This document shows, one piece after another, positions 55,615-64,000 of a stretch of DNA of 64,000 bases. The position numbers and the translations under genes are program-made. The DNA is from Eledone cirrhosa (taxonomy: Eukaryota): positions 73,966,001 through 74,030,000 of the forward strand of contig OZ024746.1 of NCBI GenBank assembly GCA_964016885.1. Direction: 5' to 3'. The notes below the pieces were generated by a model that was not told the DNA's origin, did no database searches, and saw only the letters and a program-made list of their open reading frames with translations. Every line of letters starts with the position of its first letter. Within the stretch, counting starts at the first letter, position 1.

Positions 55615-55885
55615 CCAGGGTCTTTTCATTCATACCGGATAAACCCCTCTCTGATTGACCTCCATCGTTTTTTGGGTATTGGTCATGTCAGGGGTGTAGC
55701 CATACTCACCACGCTTGGTCAATTGTGGGTTGGTGGGGCTATTTAACCCATAGCTGGATAAACTCATTTTTACATCTGAGTAACTGGAGTTACGTGAAAT
55801 AAAGTGTTTTGCTCAAGAATGCAACGCAAAGCCTGGTCCAAGAATCGAACTCACAACCTCAGGATTGTAAGCCGGAAACTCTAAC
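55611..55885 (-). mobile_element. tRNA-derived CORE-like SINE with a different tail from 44608
   Basis: Minus strand gttagag...gagttcgattc B-box, cttgagcaaaacactttatttcacg..ctccagttactcagatgtaaaaatgagt. Confidence 0.7.
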
Positions 55886-57287
55886 GACGTTTATGTATTG
55901 TTTTGCAAGATTATTGATGTCAAATAATGTGTTGAAACAGATGCAGTTATATTTGCGGATGTTCACGTTAGCAATATTGCCAATAAAAACATACGCACTA
56001 TTTGATTTTCATTTCCTTTTTTATTATTAGTTACGAGTTAGTTCCTTATCTTACGTAATTGTCAAAGTAATTTCATTACACATTCAATGACCTCATCAAT
56101 GACTGGTTTTCTCTTCGTCTCCTCTTCTTCCTTGTCTTATTTTGTTTACTTCATCTTTTCTATACATAAATATAAAGTGACACGGATTAATACAATGACG
56201 TGATATATATCAGTCAATCTAGACACGTTTAATTGTAGATGTATAAAGACTAATCAATTAGGGTGGGGGTATGTATGGTCTGTATCTTAGAGAGGTAAGT
56301 TCAATCCTGTATGCGGTGGTGGTGCAATTTCTTGTATTTATAACTATTTTTGTTTAAATGAAACATAAAGATGTTGTTTAACTTGGTTGCAATTAGGAAT
56401 AGACTGATGTGGAAATTATTCCGACTTCGACAATTACCTCGGACACTAATATGGAATGCACAAAGGAAAGTTTTGCAGTCCCATCCGGTGGCAATAGATG
56501 CAAGCAGTAATACCATTTCTACCAGCTCAATAACCACTTAAACAAACAACACCAATAACACCACTACTTCCACTGTTGTCAATAGTGGTCGCGTGAAATA
56601 ACCTCAGCAACACAATTGATTCATAATAGAGATAGAATAGGTTTGTAGCAAAATCAACTGAAACAACAACAAAAAAGCTAGCTCACTTGCTAGAGGCACA
56701 TATGAAAGCAGGCCTTCCTCAAATGAATACAGGCTAACATGAGAGAGGCTAAATATATACAAAGAGACTTCCTCTTAAAGACGGACATAAGCTGGAAGAA
56801 CTCAAGGCTTGAGAATTTCTTCCTAGTACAGAAAAACAAAACACTACCTATGTGAAATGTAAACTATGCTATTCCTGCAAGTGCCTACAATTCAATGAAG
56901 TCCAGCATCATATGAAAAAGCACTTCATTTCCAAATTCTAGTTGGGAGTGAGAGAGGAAAGACTTTACAGGTTTGGTAATCTTTACTTAATTGCAGTCCA
57001 TTATAGTAGTACTCTTTCACCAATCCTCGTCGTTTTGACTCTTAATCCTCTATTGCAGAAGTTAGACATGGCGAAGAGCATTCCGCTTCAATTATAACAT
57101 AGTTGTTACATACCTCAATATGTGCACTACGTTACAGATATTCTGTTGGATTTCTCTAGGTGGAGAGGAATGAAGAATAGGTTACAAACAGGGCAGTTAG
57201 CCTCATCCAGAGACTAATCCTCCACGGGGTGAGTGCATGAATGCACTGACTTTGTGATTCCTAGTTTCTGAAGCTTATATCTTAGAC

Positions 57288-57598
57288 CATAGGTTCTCAA
57301 CCTTTTTTTTGCCAACGGCACACCTTGGAACACATGAAAAAATAGCGGCACACCTAGCTAAATATATATGAAAAATATTTGAATTTTGCAAAACAAAAAA
57401 ATGGCAAGTCATAGACGACATACAATCATAGACACGGACTAGTCATAAGCGCATAGAATGACTCAAACTAAATAAAGAAAAACACAGCTATGAACTTACT
57501 TTCGCATTTTCTTAGTGTGCCGTTGAAAATTTCGCGGCACACTTAGGAAGATGCCGCAGCACACCTGTGTGCCGCGGTACACTGGTTGAGAATCACTG
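57288..57598. mobile_element. Non-autonomous hAT (Charlie-like) DNA transposon / MITE
   Basis: TIRs cataggttctcaacc / ggttgagaatcactg; 8-bp TSD tcttagac at 57280-57287 and 57599-57606; subterminal cggcacac repeats. Confidence 0.92.
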
Positions 57599-58223
57599 TC
57601 TTAGACCATGCTCTATCTGACCAGATTAGAGTATCTACTCTTTTCTTCTACTAGAGGGGACGTATTTAACTGTTCAGAAGGTTCGTTTGCTGCTAATTCC
57701 CATTTCGTGTAGGTGCTGTTGATGATCAAGCATCTGCTATAAAACCGACGTATTTTGTGATGCAATTTATATTGCCACTCAGCTCATTGATGAAAATTCG
57801 GCTTCAGTAAAGTGAAAAATGATGCATGGAGAGTGGCACAGCCGTTATTCGCATTATTGAGTTCTCGTGTGTATGGTAGATTCAATTGTCAAAACTCCGT
57901 GATCAACATACTACATTTCTATAGCTGAGACGGTCATATACCCAAATATCTTCGACTTCCAATCGACTGTAATAAATGACGAGCCCTAACAGTCTGTCGT
58001 GCTTCTCACAGAAGATTGTTAAGAAAACTAACTCCAATAGGGATTTTAATATATTACTGGACATTTTCATTTTCAAGTCTAATTTGCACGCCATTGTAAG
58101 TTCGGAACTCAGCCCGGTTATTTAAGATATTTGTTATACAAAATACAGTTTGTTTGGTAAATTAGAGGGATACATCCTAGTTCCTTAACTATCCATGGGA
58201 TGATTTGTTTGGTACCACTGTAC

Positions 58224-58274
<51 letters not shown>

Positions 58275-58625
58275 TCGTATATTGCTTTCCGACATAAATA
58301 TGTGATTCTTATATGAAAAAAATATAATAGATATATCAGGAAGTTTTGTTAACAAACATACTTTTCTGTAGATTATTTTTATATATTTGCCATTTGAAAT
58401 ATTTCCAGAGCTATTTTATTGTCTGTAACGAAATTTCTAATCTTTGATAGTTTTGTAATAAATTTCCAGCATTCGTTTATCTTTGTTTATCATTGTTTCT
58501 AAGTTGACTTCATAATTTATTTAATTATTCATTTAGTTCTTATTGTTCTATTTATCTGCCGATTGCTGTTTAATCGTCTTTGTAAGCACACACACAGGCA
58601 CACATACACACACAGACACAGACAC

Positions 58626-58670
<45 letters not shown>

Positions 58671-58672
58671 TG

Positions 58673-58721
<49 letters not shown>

Positions 58722-58807
58722 ATGTGTATGTGTGTAAATACATACAAATGAAATGAAAGGAATATATGTGGCAAAGAAAGATGATTGCGATAACAATGAT
58801 AAGAGCA

Positions 58808-58896
<89 letters not shown>

Positions 58897-58900
58897 TATG

Positions 58901-58931
<31 letters not shown>

Positions 58932-59478
58932 GTATGTGTGTCTGTGTATGTGTGTGTGTGTGTGTGACCTTAATGTGACCTCAATCATCATACTTACGAT
59001 GAGGATACTGCCACTACTGATGACAATGTTGAAGTTGATTATAAGAGAAAAGATGGAATAATATTTGTTTGTTTGTGTATGTATGTGCCGATGTGTGTGT
59101 GTGTGAATGTGTGTGTATAAGTGCCTGAGAGAAAGAGAGCGATAGAGTGAGAGACGTGTAGACAGGGATGTAAGAGAGAAAGCAACGAGGAAAGGCAGAT
59201 TCACTTATCAAATCTATATATATATATAGGAACAAGATGACAATCAAAATACTGACATTTTGCAACACATTCATTAAATAGATAAATAAATAATATACAT
59301 TGAAACTTAAGCGATATAACAGCTGGACATCACTTGAATGATAAGAAACATGAAGGTCAGTCTATTATCGGAAATTGGTTATGGAGACTCATTTAGATAC
59401 ACAAACGGAAGCGTTTCTTTGTAGTCGCCGTACGCCTCGCAGTCGCTCATATATGAAAGTATTTGTTCTAGAAACTCA

Positions 59479-59538
<60 letters not shown>

Positions 59539-59671
59539 TATATATATATATATATGCATATATATATAGAGAGAGAAAGAGAGAGACAGAGAGAGTCAAG
59601 CCCATTGCCGTTTGAAAGACGCAATGGCTGATATCCTAAAGTGTGACACCAGGATCCATCAGATTCGTGGG

Positions 59672-59766
<95 letters not shown>

Positions 59767-61407
59767 AATAAAAAATGAAATTTCGCTCCAGATGGCTGAA
59801 TACAATAAATGTAATCTGAGTTTTTCGAAATGAGGCTTGTCTGTATAATTGCAAACGAATCGAATGTTATTATTAATATTCGAAAAACTCAGATTACATT
59901 TATTATATATAATAAAGAAAAGCCACGAATTATTGACCTTCAATCATAACACCCTTTCCTTGGTGGGTCAGCAGTGGTAGCCAAATTACTGTCTATCTTC
60001 GTAGGGAACAGGTCGTAGGGAAGAAATTGTGCCGGATAGGGATGTTACAGATAGGAAGAAAAAGTTTAAACAATTTCCGTTCTGAAAACAATACAGAAGT
60101 CGGAGATTAGGAGATGAGATACTCCCCGAAAAGCGGTTGAATTTCAAAATACATTACGATAGAGAAAGATGGAAGTTATGGGTGACAGAATAAAAAGAGT
60201 TATGGGATAAGGAAAGAGAAAGAAAAAGGGAGAGAGAGATAAGTAGGGATGAATAGCCGAAGTGATGTGACATAAAAAAGCCACCGAATATATTTCATCG
60301 AGGTCCGGCTATTACTCACTTTTTCAATTACATAATTGGCTTGCAAGTGAGAAATTGCAATCTATCATTCAGAATTTACACAATAGTTAATTATTAAGTA
60401 ATGTTTTGGTAATGATAATTCAGTATCAAATTCTTGGACGGATTTCGTTTCTGCGCAGCATTCTCTCTACAACAATTATTAAATGTGTTAAATGCAGAGA
60501 ATTTCTTAATATCAATAGATATTATGCAATGGGTTGCAGCGCATCTCCAGCAGGGTTGCCTTCGCAAAGTGAAGAAATCTACCCAGAATTTTAGCCTTGC
60601 CAACTCTAACAGTGCAATAATGTCGTGAAACGTGACCCCTAAAAAAGAGGAAGACCGCTGTTGAGAACAAAAAAATAAAAATAAACACGTTTTGGTTGAT
60701 TGAATTAAAAGACTGGAATTCTCTCAAAAAGTACTGAACCTATTTTAAACGTGTATACACATGAGGGTCGAATTGCAATATAAAATCGAACAACTAATAT
60801 GAAATAGAAATGTTCAACTTACACAGAAAGCAAGTCAGCGAAACTGAAAGTAAAAATACAGTTTACGAACGTCACCGACTTAATACATACATACATACAC
60901 ACACGCACACACACACACACACACACACGCAGACGCACGCACGCACATAAACACACACACACACACACACACATACACATACACACACACACATATATAT
61001 ATATATCAAAGTGACTATAGATTCTGGTAAAATGTCTTCCAGTTAGAGTTTTACCTCGCTAAATTTCCGCTCGCGTTAAATAGAATTTGGATAGGATTTT
61101 GTCAGCGGTATTGATTATACCCATGTCAACTCTGATCAAGCAGACCTTCGATTCAAAATATTCCATATGATGGTAGTTATCTGTGATTCAACGGAGATGT
61201 GGGTGTTATTTCTAGCCGTGTGAGCCTCCGCTTAGAGTCTTCGTTGTTGCGAAATAATTCTCACTAGTGAAGTGAAATATCTCTACCCAAATGATCTTAT
61301 GACTGTAACGGCGATTTATAAGTATTTTTTTCTTATAGTAGTTTTTTATACTGAATGAACAATCGCCTCTTATATATATATATATATATATCAACCAACC
61401 AAAGTTC

Positions 61408-61819
61408 ACTCATATATGAAAAACAATCTGCCCCCCCCCCCCTTTTTTTTGAAGGCAAATATAATAAGAACTTTGTAACGCGAACTGACGCGAAATTTAT
61501 TATACTTATTCACATGACAGTCATCAACCAACCAAATTACTTCTCTAAAACCTACCATTTCGAGCCACTTTTTTCCATATAAAACAGAAGTAACATTCAA
61601 ACACCAATCAGATGAGAGAAAAACCACAAATCCTCCATCTGAACTCTACTTTTGAAAAGCACAAGAACTGCAAAACCGGTAAAGGAACCAAATAAATATA
61701 TTTAAAAAAAAAAGACTTTAGTTGCATTTTCGATTTCATCTTTTTTCCTTATACTTTCACTCGTGTAGGACACCTCCGTTTTTTTTTCATTTTGTATAAA
61801 AAACCTCACTTTCTAATAT
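61408..61819. repeat. Family F2 copy, inverted relative to 9818-10215
   Basis: Colinear reverse-complement similarity to 9818-10215. Confidence 0.85.
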
Positions 61820-61865
61820 ATATATATATAATATAAAATCAAAAGATGGTTAAAAGAGTTCCATG

Positions 61866-61936
61866 TATTTTATTATGCGCATTTCAAAAACAAATATCAT
61901 CATGGGATGATATTTGCGTTCTCATCAGATAAAATA
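61866..61936 (-). ncRNA. Type I minimal hammerhead ribozyme (family F5), in an element at about 61835-61995 between (TA)n tracts
   Basis: tattttat-CTGATGA-gaacgcaaatatcatc ccat gatgatatttgttttt-GAAA-tgcgca-TA-ataaaata. Confidence 0.83.
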
Positions 61937-62023
61937 GGGAGACATGATATGAAGCTTAAAAAACACTTGCGAGCACTGAAGTGTTAAATCAACACACATA
62001 TATATATATATATATATACGTAT

Positions 62024-62092
<69 letters not shown>

Positions 62093-63216
62093 TTTCTTAC
62101 TTACAAGCTTACTATCTAATTGAATGAGTGGGTAGTGACCGGAGCTCGCTTAAACAAATTCGATGACCTTCGTAAACTGTGTGTATATAAACTGTGTGTA
62201 TATAGCCATGTTTATGAACAATAACGTATTGAAAGTATGCTACTGTTTAAAATTAATCAGCTAGCCAGGTTCTATTCACGAATCTGATTTACTTGGCCAA
62301 TAATATATTTGGGAAAGAAACGAGATCCGTCTATGAGTTTGATACTGAAGTATCATTACCAAAAACATTACCATCTTACTTACTAATTAACTATTGCATA
62401 CATTCTGAATGATAGCTTGCATTTTCTTGACAAGAATCGGAGTTACGAACAGACGATTATGTGAACAGATAAATACATAACTATACACTTTCAGGTAGAA
62501 ATATAGCTGCTATTTCTGAAAGTGTGGGTGACCTCGTACATGCTTTCTTATTGGTCCGTATCCTATTACGTTTTTAATATAAGAGGGCCTATAATGATGG
62601 GAAGACATAAATCATAGATATATTATTTCAGAGTTCGACACTGACTAGTAAAGTTCAATTAGCTGCATCCTATGGCTTGGTTATGGACATTGCTAAGAGA
62701 AGTCCACCTCAGGGAACTTGGCAGTAATTCTGACAACAAATGTTTGTTCGTTATATCTGTTTTATTTTCCCATAAACTTTACATATATATGGTTTCACCC
62801 TATAGGTTTTCAAGTTTTTCTTTAATGTTTGTTACCCTACGATAAAATCGTTTCATTCTTATGAAATGAAGTCTACAACATGTGGTTTGCCACCGTCGTC
62901 AGTAAGAAATGGGGATAGTTTTTCGCTTAGATTTCACTTTAAATACGCAACTATAAATAGAAAATATATGAAAATTCCCATTCTTTGCACATGTGTTGTC
63001 GGTGTAGTATATATATTTTTTATCTTTCCCAGCATTTCCCAAATTTAATTGCTTTATCAGCAGAGCTCACACATTTTACTCCTAATTTTTGTCTCATGAA
63101 CATTCTACATATTGTCTCAGGAATCTTTTTTAATGCGATCTTCTATTGCACTATCGAGCGCTGCAGGTCTATGTGCCCTGAGTACATGTCGTAGTTTATT
63201 ATTTTATATTTTCTAC

Positions 63217-63400
63217 GGTGGATTGGCAGTATCGGTAGAGGGTCGGACGCCATGCTTTGATGCATAGAGTTACGGCCCTTGCTATTCTGAGTTCAAATCC
63301 CGCCGAGGTTAACTTTGCCTTTCATCCTTACGGGGTCGATAAAATAAAGTACCAGTAATGTACTGGGTAATTTCTGGCCTTGTGCCAATAGTAGAAACAA
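63217..63400 (+). mobile_element. Full-length SINE S1 with a 20-bp target-site duplication
   Basis: attattttatattttctacg at 63198-63217 and 63400-63419. Confidence 0.95.
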
Positions 63401-64000
63401 TTATTTTATATTTTCTACGATCATCAAAGTAATCTGCATAATTCAGTACTTGGGAGAGTTATATTCTGTCTGCCGTGAATTTTCGTCCTAGAATGTTGGT
63501 TATATATGTCATAGGAATATATCAGTTACTAATTAGTCCCAAAACATCTATCATTAGAGTAATTTTCTAGGTTTAGTTCACATACTATGGTTATCACGGT
63601 TTCAAAGTCTTTATTTTGGGATATTTCCTCTATTTCTTCGAAAGAAACATTTCGCATCGATTGGGAGGCATTTCGTTTCCAGGTGAACGTTTGGCAGCAA
63701 TATCTGGTAAATTGCTCCTAATCTTACTGCTTTCGTATACTCGCATGTCTCAAAATTTAATCACTTTGTCATTTTGGTGTATATTTACACCACTTCGTTT
63801 CTTATGTTAGTTAATAATGCTGGCTTAACTAACCAAATATAGAGGCACCATACCCGTAGTACTTTTGTTGGATGAAAACTGAAAAGCATGAGGTAATGTA
63901 GTTGTGTCTCCTCCAATGCCTTGTATCGTGCAGTTATTTGATGTTTGATTTTTTACAAGCTTTTGGAAGTTTCTGGTGAGAATTCTTTCATTCTTTGTCA

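Noticed and set aside
56640-58100. Possible very old LINE or Gypsy-integrase remnants around the hAT MITE
   Set aside because: Only vague peptide resemblance; cannot be supported without a search.

Overview
AT-rich, microsatellite-saturated eukaryotic non-coding DNA, probably an intron or intergenic region of a coleoid cephalopod such as Octopus (inferred from the SINE/LINE families as I recall them and from the repeat landscape; not verified). I found no host protein-coding gene. Nearly all tracked ORFs are (TA)n/(CA)n/(GA)n/(CATA)n/trinucleotide artefacts; the few real coding remnants are dead retrotransposon fragments: RTE x3, restriction-like-endonuclease (RLE) non-LTR 3' ends of two families, L1/Tx1-like pieces and a Penelope-like RT piece. 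There are about 12 copies of a tRNA-derived SINE family (7 clustered at 22.2-25.0 kb), two CORE-like SINEs and one hAT-type MITE with an 8-bp TSD. The main hidden signal is RNA-structural: about 15-20 type I minimal hammerhead ribozyme (HHR) motifs (stem I-CUGANGA-stem II-GAAA-short or palindromic stem III-UH-stem I) in many apparently unrelated short non-coding repeat families. These families usually sit in (TA)n tracts and are often folded back on themselves as inverted repeats, which suggests a population of Penelope-derived or retrozyme-like non-autonomous elements. One family has three co-oriented HHR copies at 40.4-42.1 kb, and a fourth copy has lost the ribozyme. Coordinates were read by eye and element boundaries are approximate.
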